The notes under the pieces: model-generated
What the model was told of the DNA's origin: nothing
The model's input: only the letters and a program-made list of their open reading frames with translations
Database searches by the model: none
Shown: piece by piece, positions 37,308 through 48,099 of the stretch
Position numbering within the stretch: position 1 is the first letter of the stretch
How the letters are laid out: each line of letters begins with the position of its first letter
From: an uncultured Gammaproteobacteria bacterium
GTDB lineage: Bacteria; Patescibacteriota; Microgenomatia; JALYQM01
Assembly: GCA_964525495.1 (NCBI GenBank)
Contig: CAZGHS010000001.1
Coordinates: 10,863 to 74,862 of the forward strand
Length of the DNA stretch: 64,000 nt
Reading direction: 5' to 3'
Program-made: the position numbers and the translations under genes

Positions 37308-39401
37308 ATGTCCCAACTTCTTTCCGATCTCAATCCTACCCAACAAGAAGCCGTCCAAGCCACCGATGGACCAGTACTAATTCTTGCTGGAGCTGGATCG
37401 GGAAAAACACGTGTACTTACCTATCGTACAGCATATCTCATGACCGAAAAGCATATTCCCGGCAATAATATTTTGATGGTAACCTTCACCAACAAAGCCG
37501 CCGGAGAAATGAAAGATCGCGTCAAAAAACTCCTCGCAGAATACTATCCAGTTGAAATCGAACGCATTACCCTTCCGTTTGTAGGAACGTTTCACTCATT
37601 CTGTTCACGACTGTTACGCATCGAGGGAAAACATATTGGACTTTCGCCAAACTATATGATTTATGATGCGGACGACCAGAAAACTCTGATCCGCAATATC
37701 TTAAAAGGCATGGAATTGGATCTAAAAAAAGTAAACCCAAACGCCATCCATGCAATCATCTCCCAAAGCAAAAACGAAAATATATCTGCACTCGAATACA
37801 GCCAAGTAGCCAAAGGACCCTATCAACAAGTCGTAGCTCAAGCATACGCAGAATATGAAAAAAAACTCAAAGAAACAAGTGCCCTAGATTTTGATGATCT
37901 ACTCATTTACAGCATCGAACTTTTACGAAATGTTCCAGCAGTGCTCGAAAAGTACCAAGAGATTTTTAAATATATTATGGTCGACGAGTACCAAGATACC
38001 AACCATATTCAATACACACTCACAAAATTGCTGTCAAAAAAATACCACAACATTTGTGTAGTTGGCGACATGAGCCAGTCTATATATAAATTCCGCGGAG
38101 CAGACATTCGCAACATCATGGCCTTTGAAAAAGATTATCCAACAGCCCAAACCTATGCGCTCGAAGAGAACTATCGGTCTACACAATTCATACTCGATAC
38201 AGCAACCTCGGTAATTAGTAAAAACACGGGACATAAGGTCCTCAAACTATTCACCAATAACCCCTCAGGACTACCAGTTACGCTCTACGAAGCACAAAAT
38301 GAAGTCGACGAAGCCTACTATATTCTTCGCCAGGTTTTAAACAACGAATACCTTTACAAAGATGTTGCCATACTTTATCGCACCAACGCTCAATCTCGAA
38401 CTCTTGAAGAAGCCTTTATCAAAAGCGGCATTCCTTACAAACTTATTGGTGGACTCCGTTTCTACGAACGCAAAGAGATTAAAGATTTGCTCGCGTATCT
38501 GCGAGTCTTTGTAAACCCTATCGACTCTGTGTCCATGGAACGTCTCACAAAAATAGGCAAAACTAAACTCAAAAAATTCCTAGATTTTCAAAACCAATAT
38601 CAGCAAACAGTTGAATCACTCAAAGAAGTAACACAAGCAGAAGCAGCTAAACCAAAGCCCGATGAAAATCTCCAGTTTGATTTCTCCGAAGAAGAAAAAA
38701 AAGCCGATATCGTCCCAGTAGAAACAGCACAAGAGGTCACACAAAACATTCTCGAAAACGACGTCTACTCCCCATCTCCACTCACACTACATTCCACCAT
38801 AGATATTCTAGAAAAAGTAATTGAGATCACAGATTATATCGACTATATCGACGACGGCACAGAACAAGGAGCAGGGAGAGTCGAAAACATAAAGGAATTA
38901 AAAACGGTTGCATCTCAGTATCCACATCTCGATCAATTTCTCGAAGTCGTCACACTTCTCGAAGGCCCTGAAACAATTTCCGGTCGCCACCGAGCAGAAA
39001 CCGAATTCAATGCTGTTACCATGATGACGCTTCATGCAGCCAAAGGTCTCGAGTTTAAACATGTATTTATTGTCGGATGGGAAGAAGGTCTATTCCCGCA
39101 CTCTCGAGCATTACTCGACAATAGCGAACTAGAGGAAGAGCGTCGCCTCGCCTATGTAGGTATCACACGAGCCATGCAAGATCTCTTCCTTACGTACACT
39201 ATCAACCGAAATATCTATGGCACGTCACAATCGTCTGTAATATCCCGATTCATTGCTGACATACCTGAGAGTCTACTTAAGTTCGAAAACGCCTACTCAG
39301 GAGCCTATGGCGGCTCAGGTAAGCAAAATTCATCATATAAGCAAAAAGTTCAGTTCTACGCCGATCAAATAGACAAGTTTAATGACGATATTACTTGGTG
39401 A
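37308..39401 (+). CDS. UvrD/PcrA/Rep-family ATP-dependent DNA helicase
   Basis: GAGSGKTRVLTYR (motif I), VDEYQDTN (motif II), 697 aa. Confidence 0.85.
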   Translation: MSQLLSDLNPTQQEAVQATDGPVLILAGAGSGKTRVLTYRTAYLMTEKHIPGNNILMVTFTNKAAGEMKDRVKKLLAEYYPVEIERITLPFVGTFHSFCSRLLRIEGKHIGLSPNYMIYDADDQKTLIRNILKGMELDLKKVNPNAIHAIISQSKNENISALEYSQVAKGPYQQVVAQAYAEYEKKLKETSALDFDDLLIYSIELLRNVPAVLEKYQEIFKYIMVDEYQDTNHIQYTLTKLLSKKYHNICVVGDMSQSIYKFRGADIRNIMAFEKDYPTAQTYALEENYRSTQFILDTATSVISKNTGHKVLKLFTNNPSGLPVTLYEAQNEVDEAYYILRQVLNNEYLYKDVAILYRTNAQSRTLEEAFIKSGIPYKLIGGLRFYERKEIKDLLAYLRVFVNPIDSVSMERLTKIGKTKLKKFLDFQNQYQQTVESLKEVTQAEAAKPKPDENLQFDFSEEEKKADIVPVETAQEVTQNILENDVYSPSPLTLHSTIDILEKVIEITDYIDYIDDGTEQGAGRVENIKELKTVASQYPHLDQFLEVVTLLEGPETISGRHRAETEFNAVTMMTLHAAKGLEFKHVFIVGWEEGLFPHSRALLDNSELEEERRLAYVGITRAMQDLFLTYTINRNIYGTSQSSVISRFIADIPESLLKFENAYSGAYGGSGKQNSSYKQKVQFYADQIDKFNDDITW

Positions 39402-39838
39402 AGATATACATCCACACCATCTAACTTCTTAATTTCTTCTACAGTAAACCAACCAAATGTATCATGCTCTTCTGGGTCAAGTTGTACATCGCCACGAATA
39501 CTCCCTATATAGGTAAGCCTAACGACATGCTTACCAGGCACTTTTAATATATCTTGTGCTGCAATTAATTTAGGTGCATCAACAAGATCGAGTTTAACTT
39601 CTTCCCGAATCTCACGTCTCAAATTCTCGATCAACGGTGTTCCTGGAGTAATTCTACCTCCAATAATGTCCCACAAATTAGTTATATCCGGATATTTCTC
39701 TTGAATACGATGCAAAAGTAAATACTTACCATCCTGATTCTTCAACAAAACCTTCACGCCAACCTGCAATTGAATATCCATAGTAGTAGTATACAAAAAA
39801 GGGCAAAGATCACTCTTCACCCTTCTAGTTAATTTCAA
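39365..39838 (-). CDS. NUDIX hydrolase
   Basis: Nudix box GGRITPGTPLIENLRREIREEVKL. Confidence 0.65.
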   Translation of the reverse strand: MKLTRRVKSDLCPFLYTTTMDIQLQVGVKVLLKNQDGKYLLLHRIQEKYPDITNLWDIIGGRITPGTPLIENLRREIREEVKLDLVDAPKLIAAQDILKVPGKHVVRLTYIGSIRGDVQLDPEEHDTFGWFTVEEIKKLDGVDVYLHQVISSLNLSI

Positions 39839-39845
39839 ATTAAAT

Positions 39846-41414
39846 TTATCTCGCTGTCGCTACTGCCCTAGTTTCTCGTATTACAGTAACCTTTATCTGA
39901 CCAGGGAAGTTCTTCAAGCGTACTTCCAATTCTTTAGCTATTTTCTTGGACAGCATTACCGCTTCGGAATCATCAACATGTGATGACTTCACAAGCACAC
40001 GCAACTCACGTCCAGCCTGCACTGCAAATACTCGATCAACCTTATCTTTACCCGCAATATCGTAAACAGTATCTTCTTCCATTCGCAATCGATCTATATA
40101 TTCCTGAACGCTCTCATGTCGCGCTCCAGGGCGTGATCCAGAAATCGCATCAGCGATATAAACGATCATAGATTCAACTGATGAAAACGGTTCATCCTCA
40201 TGGTGTTCAGCCACCGCACGAATAACTTTTTCTGGAAACCGGTGCTGCTTCAGCAATTTCACACCAAGTTCAATATGTGTACCTTCTTCGTCCTGAATAA
40301 TCTTTCCAATATCATGGAAGAGACAGGCCAGCTTCACAATATCAACGTCAGCCCCAACCTCTTTTGCGATCGCAACACCAATCTTGGTTTCTTCTAGTGT
40401 ATGCGTAATCATGCTCTGACCATATGAGAATCTATGCTTAAATCGTCCAAGCATATCCACCATTTCAAACGGCAAATTATATACACCCACAGATGCACAC
40501 AATTTCTCTCCCTCTTCACGCATCAGTTTCTCTTCTTCTTTACGAGTTTTCTCTACAATCTCCTCAATCTTAATTGGCTGAATACGTCCATCAGCCATCA
40601 AACGCTCAAGTGATTTCTTCGCAATCGCACGTCGCACGCTATCAAAGCTAGATAGCAATATTTCACCGGGAGTTTCATCAATCTCAACATCAACACCTGT
40701 AGCCATTTCAAACGCACGGATATTTCGTCCTTCTTTACCAATGATTCTTCCCTTCATATCCTCATCCATTAGCTTGACTCGCGTCGCAGTATACTCTGGA
40801 ACATAGTCGGTAGCTCCATGAAGCATTGCGGTCACTACAATATCTTTTGCCTTCTCTTCTGCTGTTATTTTCGCTTCAGTCTCAGCTTCACGTACCTTCT
40901 TCGCAATCTCATCCTTCAAGCTCTTCTCAGTAGCTTCCATGATAATTGCCTTTGCCTCGTCTCGTGTCATCTGTGCAGCTCGCTCGAGCTTTGCTAAAGC
41001 CTCAGCCTTAACTTTCTCAACATCCGCTACTTTTGCATCCAAGTCAGTCTGCTTATTGATCAAGTTCCCTTCGCGAGTTTCTACAGCACTGAGCTTCTTA
41101 TCCAAAGATTCCTCTTTTTGCTGCAATCGTGATTCGAGAGCTAAAAAGTCCTTTCGAGCTTGTCGGATCTCTTCTTCAGCTGTTTTCTTGATCTTGTAAG
41201 CTTCATCCTTTGCTTCAAGAACAATCTCTCGAGCCTTCTGAGTAGCTTCCGTTATAGCATGGTCATTAGTAATAGCTGACTGCTGAACAGGAGCAGTTTG
41301 AGCTGATTCAACAGGCTGTTCGGTCGGAGCACTCTTTCGGTTCTTTTCGCGATATACGACAAAACCGATCGCTCCAGCCAACCCAACACCCAAAATGAGG
41401 GTTAGTAAATCCAT
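39846..41414 (-). CDS. rny: Ribonuclease Y
   Basis: N-terminal TM, a long coiled coil, a KH domain (GKEGRNIRAFEMATGVDV), and an HD domain (LFHDIGK). 522 aa. Confidence 0.85.
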   Translation of the reverse strand: MDLLTLILGVGLAGAIGFVVYREKNRKSAPTEQPVESAQTAPVQQSAITNDHAITEATQKAREIVLEAKDEAYKIKKTAEEEIRQARKDFLALESRLQQKEESLDKKLSAVETREGNLINKQTDLDAKVADVEKVKAEALAKLERAAQMTRDEAKAIIMEATEKSLKDEIAKKVREAETEAKITAEEKAKDIVVTAMLHGATDYVPEYTATRVKLMDEDMKGRIIGKEGRNIRAFEMATGVDVEIDETPGEILLSSFDSVRRAIAKKSLERLMADGRIQPIKIEEIVEKTRKEEEKLMREEGEKLCASVGVYNLPFEMVDMLGRFKHRFSYGQSMITHTLEETKIGVAIAKEVGADVDIVKLACLFHDIGKIIQDEEGTHIELGVKLLKQHRFPEKVIRAVAEHHEDEPFSSVESMIVYIADAISGSRPGARHESVQEYIDRLRMEEDTVYDIAGKDKVDRVFAVQAGRELRVLVKSSHVDDSEAVMLSKKIAKELEVRLKNFPGQIKVTVIRETRAVATAR

Positions 41415-41443
41415 ATAATCCTTTCAGTGTGGATGAAGAGATA

Positions 41444-41470
41444 CAAAAAAGCACACTATATGTGCGCTTA
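41444..41470 (-). terminator. Intrinsic terminator downstream of recA-recX (minus strand)
   Basis: The minus strand reads AAGCGCACAUAUAGUGUGCUU followed by UUUUUU. Confidence 0.6.
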
Positions 41471-41631
41471 CGATGAAATAACATGATCTATAGATCTTTT
41501 AAGCTCAAATCCCAGGTTTGAATATGTAAAACTCATGTCAAAATATTTCATTACGAGAACCTCTTAAACCACCGATATAACAAATTGAACAATAAATATG
41601 ATCGTTTTAATTACAAACGTCTAAGTGTATT

Positions 41632-42171
41632 TTAGCGCCTTGACAAAAGCTCGTCAACGACTCGCTTAATAAGAGGTAGTTCAAACCCTTTTCGACCTAA
41701 AGACATAGACAACTTGTACCTCGCTTCTTTGATCTCGAGGTGTTCATATTTCCTTAAATTCTTTTCACCTAATTTAAGAGCAGAGCGAAAAAGAACTCCC
41801 TCGCTCTGCTCAGAACTAGCATTTTCATCAGCTATAATTTCTTCAAACATCTCGTCTATTAACTCTTTATCAATACCTTTTTGCAAAAGCTCCATCGCTA
41901 TTAATACTTTTCCCCGCGGCTTGGAACGAAGTCTACTTGAAATCCATTCTCGAGCGAAATTACGATCGTTCAGAAAACTCTCACGCTTTAACTGAGCAAC
42001 AACACGATCCTCTATTACCAACCAGTTCACCTCACTCGCATCTCCAAGATGACGCTGCTCTTGCTTGATCCACTCTTGAAGCTTGGTCCGAATCTCTTTT
42101 TCACTGCGCATTCGTATTCCCAAAAAACGTAGACAACTTTTATATAGCTTTTTGAACAACAATTCATCCAT
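41632..42171 (-). CDS. recX: RecX-like regulatory protein
   Basis: 179-aa helical-repeat protein immediately downstream of recA in the same orientation. Confidence 0.55.
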   Translation of the reverse strand: MDELLFKKLYKSCLRFLGIRMRSEKEIRTKLQEWIKQEQRHLGDASEVNWLVIEDRVVAQLKRESFLNDRNFAREWISSRLRSKPRGKVLIAMELLQKGIDKELIDEMFEEIIADENASSEQSEGVLFRSALKLGEKNLRKYEHLEIKEARYKLSMSLGRKGFELPLIKRVVDELLSRR

Positions 42172-42179
42172 AATAAGTA

Positions 42180-43301
42180 TTATGCTTCTGCCGACTCACC
42201 TTCTGCACCATCCTCATTATCTTCCTGTCCCACGACCATCTCAGCTCCTTTACCTTCCTGCTTTTTCCATTCCACAATAATCTGATCATAAATTTTCTGA
42301 CACAATGCAGGATCAGCCTTCAAGGTCTCTTTTGCAGCCTCTCTACCTTGTCCAAGTAAAGCGCCTTCATATTTATTAAACGATCCCGACTTTTGAATGA
42401 CATTTAGCTCAATACCTACATCAAGCAAGCCGCCTTCATAAGATATGCCTTGCTCATCCATATCAAACTCTGCAACACGGAAAGGTGGTGCTACTTTATT
42501 TTTAACAACTTTTACTCTATGACGAGAACCAATTACCCGATCCCCTGGTCCTTTTATATTCTCAATTTTACGAATATCCATACGAACAGATGCATAAAAT
42601 TTTAGAGCCATACCACCAGTGGTTGTCTCAGGATTACCAAACATCACACCTATCTTTTGGCGTAACTGATTAGTAAAAATCATAATTGTTTTGGATCGAT
42701 TAATAACGGCAGTTAATTTACGCAAAGCTTGGGACATTAAACGTGCCTGTACTCCCATGGTCGCATCACCCATCTCACCTTCAATTTCGCTTCGTGGCAC
42801 AAGTGCAGCAACTGAATCAATAATAAGAACATCAACCCCACCTGACCGAATCAAAGTTTCTGCAATCTCTAACGCTTGTTCACCTGTATCTGGCTGAGAG
42901 ATCAAAAGATTATCAAGATCAACACCGATATTTTGTGCACGTACAGGATCCAAAGCATGTTCAGCGTCAATAAAGGCAACCGTACCTCCTCGTTTCTGTG
43001 ATTCAGCGAGAATATGCAAACAAACAGTTGTTTTACCTGAAGCCTCAGGGCCATAAATTTCAATAATTCTTCCTTTAGGAATACCACCAACTCCCAATGC
43101 CAAATCCAAAGCAATAGACCCTGTCGGAATTACTTCAACTTGCATGGCTTGTTGCTCACCAAGTTTCATAATCGAACCCTTACCATATGATTTTTCAATC
43201 TGTTGCATTGCACTCATCAAAGCTTGCATCTTGGCCGCTTGATTCGATTCTCCAGATAAATTTTCTACAGGGGTATCTGCTTTCGCAGCTGCTTTTGCCA
43301 T
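42180..43301 (-). CDS. recA: Recombinase RecA
   Basis: GPEASGKTT Walker [12 protein letters not shown], and the L2-loop region. Confidence 0.9.
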   Translation of the reverse strand: MAKAAAKADTPVENLSGESNQAAKMQALMSAMQQIEKSYGKGSIMKLGEQQAMQVEVIPTGSIALDLALGVGGIPKGRIIEIYGPEASGKTTVCLHILAESQKRGGTVAFIDAEHALDPVRAQNIGVDLDNLLISQPDTGEQALEIAETLIRSGGVDVLIIDSVAALVPRSEIEGEMGDATMGVQARLMSQALRKLTAVINRSKTIMIFTNQLRQKIGVMFGNPETTTGGMALKFYASVRMDIRKIENIKGPGDRVIGSRHRVKVVKNKVAPPFRVAEFDMDEQGISYEGGLLDVGIELNVIQKSGSFNKYEGALLGQGREAAKETLKADPALCQKIYDQIIVEWKKQEGKGAEMVVGQEDNEDGAEGESAEA

Positions 43302-43399
43302 ATCGCGATCCTTTCTTCCCTCGTCATAAAATTGGCGAGTTAAAACAGTAAATATAACTCGAGACTACCCGAACAATACCCAAAATACAAGAGGAGAAA

Positions 43400-43732
43400 T
43401 TAGTGATTAAGAAGATCAATTTTTACAGCCATCACAAAATCATTTATAGACAACCCACTAATAGCATGAGTTGTTAACGTAAATCGGACTTTATTCCAAT
43501 CATGGATATATATATCTGGATGATGTCCCTCTTTTTCTGCCACCTTAGCGACTTTATTAACAAATTCCAGTACGTCTTTAAAATTCTCAAAACGAAATTC
43601 TCGCAATAACTGAACATCATCAATAACTTGCCAGTCTTTAACCTGCTCTAAGTACTTTTCAAATTCTTCCCGCTTTAAGGGTTCAATATCGCCTTCACAA
43701 GGAACACATTTTTTATCTTTCAACAGAGACAT
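43400..43732 (-). CDS. Pterin-4a-carbinolamine dehydratase (PCD/DCoH)
   Basis: EGHHPDIYIHDWNKVRFTLTTH matches the PCD signature. Confidence 0.7.
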   Translation of the reverse strand: MSLLKDKKCVPCEGDIEPLKREEFEKYLEQVKDWQVIDDVQLLREFRFENFKDVLEFVNKVAKVAEKEGHHPDIYIHDWNKVRFTLTTHAISGLSINDFVMAVKIDLLNH

Positions 43733-43746
43733 ATAAAAAGTATAAC

Positions 43747-44421
43747 TTATTTTCGTGCAATAATATAAACAGGAACAGTATGTGGCGGAAGTTTCATCGA
43801 AAACATATTTCTATAAAACAAATCATCTAACTGTTCTGCCGAGGCAAAACCATTCTCTCTCATAATTCCAGCTAACGTCTTAGCGCTGGTTATCTGACCC
43901 ACGCCATTTTTCATTTTCCACATTACTGTATCAGCAGGAAAAATCGGCCACAGAAAAACTCCTCCTGGTTTCAATACTCGCTTTACTTCGTCGAGCATTA
44001 CATACAGTCCATCCTTTTTTATATATCGATTTGCCCAGACACTCGTCACACCATCAAACGAATTTGCCGCAAAAGGTAACGGCTTATTGAAATCACATAT
44101 TACTCGCTCTATATGCTGATTCTGTAAACGAATATGCTCCAGCACTGTTTCATTTATATCTCCAGCGCACACTTTATATCCACGCTTATACAATTCTCGT
44201 GAAATGATTCCAGTACCTGCACCCAAATCCAAAATATAGGGGTGCGCATCATGAACAGGAACATTGACTTCAAATAAATCAGCAATATGCCGTCCCAATA
44301 ATCCTCTACCCCAAAAAGTTCGAACTAAAGCTTCATACGCTTGCGCGTCCTTATAATTATCATGAAAGACAATTCCATGTGCTTCACGAAACAATCGACC
44401 AAATTTATGCAAGAGACCCAT
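43747..44421 (-). CDS. Class I SAM-dependent methyltransferase
   Basis: Motif I LDLGAGTGIIS and a post-I acidic residue. Confidence 0.6.
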   Translation of the reverse strand: MGLLHKFGRLFREAHGIVFHDNYKDAQAYEALVRTFWGRGLLGRHIADLFEVNVPVHDAHPYILDLGAGTGIISRELYKRGYKVCAGDINETVLEHIRLQNQHIERVICDFNKPLPFAANSFDGVTSVWANRYIKKDGLYVMLDEVKRVLKPGGVFLWPIFPADTVMWKMKNGVGQITSAKTLAGIMRENGFASAEQLDDLFYRNMFSMKLPPHTVPVYIIARK

Positions 44422-44493
44422 ATAGGAATAATACCAAACTCTATTGACAAAGGGAATTCATCTCTTCTACAGTACTAGATAAGGGGACCCTTT

Positions 44494-45804
44494 ATGGATC
44501 AAACAACAAAAACGCCGCTTGCTACACCAACAGAAACACCAATTACTCAAACTCAAAAAGAATCAACTCTGAATTCAGTACAACCTGAAAAAAAATCTTA
44601 TTTAGTGCTAGGAATTGCTCTTGTTGTTGGTGGATTGGCAGTAGGAATCCTCGGAGGTTGGGCACTCACCAGTTTCACTTCAAATCAACAGATCACAACT
44701 ACATCGGCAAATCAGTCACAGGAATCTACACTATCAGGTGATCCATTTGTAATAGGCATGATCGTACCATTAACAGGTGACGGTGCATCATATGGAACAA
44801 ACGCCAAAGAGATTGCGCTCATGACAGAAAAAGAGCTCAATAACAAGGATGGCATTGGCGGGCGCCCTATCAAGTTCATTTTTGAAGATGGTCAATGCAT
44901 GGGCGACAATGCTAAAAATTCCGCTACCAAATTAATAAACGAGGATAAAGTAGATCTTCTTTACGCAGGTGAATGTTCAGATGAAGTATTAGCGGCAGCA
45001 CCGATTGCTCAGGAGAAAAAAATCATTTCGATATCTACAGGCGCAACGAATCCAAAAGTAAGTGAGCTCGGTAAATATGTGTTTAGAACTGCCCTTTCCG
45101 ATGAAGTTGGAGGTCGTGTGGCAGCTAAGTATGCGCTAGACAAGATGAATTCTAAAACTGCAGCAATAATAGTAGAAAATACAAGCTATGCGCTTGGACT
45201 AAGAGATGTTTTTAATGAAGAATTCACCAAACTAGGTGGAAAAGTTTTATATAGTACAGTGTTTGAAACAGGTGAAACAGATTTCGTTACAACAGCCGAA
45301 GCGGTAGCAAAGGCAAATCCAGATCTCGTATATATTATTCCCCAAACCCCTATTCCAGGAGTTCTGGCTATTAAAGCAATCCGCGAGAAGCAACCAAAAG
45401 TCGCGTTCTTAACTGCAGAAGTATTACTCGCCCGCGATGAAATTGAAAAGCACGGAAAAATCCTCGAAGGCCTCATCGGAATGGAAGCCTACTTCGATGC
45501 TGAAAGCGAAGGATATAAACAACTCAAAGACAAATTTGTAAAAGAGTATGGTCGAGACGTCGCGTATCCTACAGACTTAGTTGAAATTCATGATTTTATT
45601 TACCTCTACAAAGCAGCCTATGAATCAGTAGGATCAAACGATACAGACAAGATATCAGAATATATGTACAGCCTAAAAGACTGGAAAGGCACGGCAAGCA
45701 ATCTAACATTTAACAAACAAGGCGATATTATTTCTAAGAAATACGGTATCTATAAAATTACAAATAATACAGCGAACTTGATTGAAACCTACGCTACACA
45801 ATAG
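44494..45804 (+). CDS. Membrane-anchored LivJ-type (type I periplasmic binding fold) ligand-binding protein
   Basis: N-terminal TM anchor, then the Peripla_BP_6-like pattern (IGMIVPLTGDGASYG...EDGQC). Paralogous to 48100..49275. Confidence 0.6.
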   Translation: MDQTTKTPLATPTETPITQTQKESTLNSVQPEKKSYLVLGIALVVGGLAVGILGGWALTSFTSNQQITTTSANQSQESTLSGDPFVIGMIVPLTGDGASYGTNAKEIALMTEKELNNKDGIGGRPIKFIFEDGQCMGDNAKNSATKLINEDKVDLLYAGECSDEVLAAAPIAQEKKIISISTGATNPKVSELGKYVFRTALSDEVGGRVAAKYALDKMNSKTAAIIVENTSYALGLRDVFNEEFTKLGGKVLYSTVFETGETDFVTTAEAVAKANPDLVYIIPQTPIPGVLAIKAIREKQPKVAFLTAEVLLARDEIEKHGKILEGLIGMEAYFDAESEGYKQLKDKFVKEYGRDVAYPTDLVEIHDFIYLYKAAYESVGSNDTDKISEYMYSLKDWKGTASNLTFNKQGDIISKKYGIYKITNNTANLIETYATQ

Positions 45805-45813
45805 AATCATGAC

Positions 45814-48096
45814 ATGCCAAACAAAATCCATATATCATTTCGCAACAAGTTACTACTGCTGCTACTTACAATATCGGTAGTTCCTCTTCTACTCGTCGCG
45901 TATATCGTTTCAAGCACCGTACAAGATCGTTATCGAGAAACATTAGCAAAGTCATTCGAAACCAATGTTGAATACAGGGAAAAAATACTAAACTACTATC
46001 TCGAAGGAAACAAAGAGTGGATAAGAAGTATCGCAGCGCAAGATATTTTCCTCGCTGAAATGGAGAAATATAACGCAGGAGAAACATATTCAGAAAACAA
46101 AATATTTGCTTCCCTCGTATCACTCCGTCGTGAGAATCAGTTTATAGATAAAATATATATTGCCGATATTGACGGAAAAATCATTTCATCAACCACAACT
46201 GATGACAATGAAAAAATTATAGAAAATTTTAGTGAATTTAAGCATATAACACAGCGTGGCTCTTACTATCAAAAAATCAAAACCACTCCGCAAGGTAAGC
46301 GAATTGTTACACTAACCACCCCTTTTATAAAAAGAAACGATGGCGAGATTATTGGCTTATTAATAGCAGAATATAATGCCAGTGTTGTAAAGTCATTAAT
46401 CGACGGAAGTCTCTACGAATCTCGCTCCATCAACCAAGAGAGTACCTCCTCACTCGGAAACACATTTATCATCGACGAAGATGGGTATATTCTAACCAGC
46501 ATTACCGGGACAAACATTCAAAAGACGCCTAAAACGCAACCGATCCAGCTATGTCAGTTAGGTAGCAACGCTGCCTCCGGTTACTGGATCAATAAGGAAG
46601 GCAAAGAAGTATATGGGTCATATAAATGTAATCAAATCGACAACATGAAGTTTACCTATATAGTCGAAGAGGAGTCCTCCAAAGCATTTACCATTAGCGA
46701 CAACGTGCGTAATACAATTTTCATGGTGACGTTAACGGTGGCTGTATTGTTAATCATCGCCACAATTACAACAGCAGGATCGGTGACACGACCAGTAAAA
46801 AAGCTTGCTCACGGGGCTCAAGAATTCGGTAAAGGTAACTTTACATATGCACTTGATGTAAAAACCGGTGACGAATTAGAAGAGCTAGCAGACTCATTCT
46901 CAGAAATGGCAAAACAAATCAACGGATCTATTAATAGTCTTAAACAGCAGGAAGATAAATTAAATAAAATAAACCAAGAATTGGAAACAGAAAAAGAAAC
47001 TATCTCAGCCGAGAGAAATAAGTTAGAAGTAATTATTGCAGGAATTACCGACGCAGTTATTGCGTTAGATATGAATCGCAAAATCGTAACAAGCAACAAA
47101 GCAGCCCAAGAATTAATTGGTCTGAGCGCAGATGAAATGCTTGGAAAGAATATTGCAGATCTTATTAAGCTCGAAGATGAAAGTGGCGAAGTTGTTCCAG
47201 ACACCTACAGTCCAATACGAAAAGACGATTTTGAAGGCGTAATTTACAAAAATGACGAATTAGAGCTTAAGCCTTTTAGAGCGAAAACCACCAAAGTAAA
47301 ATTAATTACTGGAAAAATCAAGGAAGCAGTCAGCGTAAACTTAGGATGCATCCTGACAATACACGACAAAAGTAAAGAAGCCGAATTAGAAGAAATGAAA
47401 TTAGACTTCGTATCGATGGCAGCACACGAGCTACGCACCCCAATCACATCGATCAGAGGATATGCAGGCCTCCTTGGGGAAGAAGTCGAAGAATTTAACG
47501 ATCCCAGAACAAACGATTGGAAGACACTAATTAGCAGAATATCGGTAAGCGCAGAACAGCTACTGGCACTCGTAGAAAATCTGTTAAACGTAACAAAAAT
47601 TGAAAAAGGAATCTTGAGTATCACCTGTAAAAATGAGAACTGGAAGGAGTGCGTACAAGAAGTATCTGAGGTATTTAAGGAACGAGCTATAAGCAAAGAA
47701 ATCAAGTTAACCGTCAAGGAAACAGACGAAGCAATCACTGCGTATGTCGATAAACTACGCATAAACGAAGTATTATCCAATCTTATATCCAACGCGATTA
47801 ACTATACACAAAACGGAGGCAATGTGACAGTCGAAGCGCATTTGTCAGCAGATGGGAACTGGATTGAAACATCAGTTGCAGATAACGGTAAAGGTATCCC
47901 AAAATCTGCTCAAGGTCACTTATTCGAAAAATTCTTCCGAGTTGCGGGTCCTCTCGAACAAGGCTCTAAAGGAAATGGTCTCGGACTATATATTTCCAAA
48001 TCGATAGTTGAGATGCATGGCGGAAAAATATGGGTTGAATCTGACGAAGGCAAAGGTGCAAAATTTACATATACTATACAAAGGGCTACAACATAA
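45814..48096 (+). CDS. Sensor histidine kinase with extracytoplasmic Cache-like domain, HAMP, PAS, HisKA and HATPase
   Basis: Two TM helices flank a roughly 270-aa extracellular domain, followed by a coiled coil. H-box FVSMAAHELRTPITSI. N, G1, G2 boxes (NAINYT, DNGKGI, GLGLYIS). Confidence 0.8.
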   Translation: MPNKIHISFRNKLLLLLLTISVVPLLLVAYIVSSTVQDRYRETLAKSFETNVEYREKILNYYLEGNKEWIRSIAAQDIFLAEMEKYNAGETYSENKIFASLVSLRRENQFIDKIYIADIDGKIISSTTTDDNEKIIENFSEFKHITQRGSYYQKIKTTPQGKRIVTLTTPFIKRNDGEIIGLLIAEYNASVVKSLIDGSLYESRSINQESTSSLGNTFIIDEDGYILTSITGTNIQKTPKTQPIQLCQLGSNAASGYWINKEGKEVYGSYKCNQIDNMKFTYIVEEESSKAFTISDNVRNTIFMVTLTVAVLLIIATITTAGSVTRPVKKLAHGAQEFGKGNFTYALDVKTGDELEELADSFSEMAKQINGSINSLKQQEDKLNKINQELETEKETISAERNKLEVIIAGITDAVIALDMNRKIVTSNKAAQELIGLSADEMLGKNIADLIKLEDESGEVVPDTYSPIRKDDFEGVIYKNDELELKPFRAKTTKVKLITGKIKEAVSVNLGCILTIHDKSKEAELEEMKLDFVSMAAHELRTPITSIRGYAGLLGEEVEEFNDPRTNDWKTLISRISVSAEQLLALVENLLNVTKIEKGILSITCKNENWKECVQEVSEVFKERAISKEIKLTVKETDEAITAYVDKLRINEVLSNLISNAINYTQNGGNVTVEAHLSADGNWIETSVADNGKGIPKSAQGHLFEKFFRVAGPLEQGSKGNGLGLYISKSIVEMHGGKIWVESDEGKGAKFTYTIQRATT

Positions 48097-48099
48097 TAT

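Noticed and set aside
46818-47792. Antisense ORFs 46818..47204 and 47244..47792 inside the histidine kinase gene
   Set aside because: They are Ser/Leu-rich mirror ORFs typical of the antisense frame of AT-rich coding sequence.
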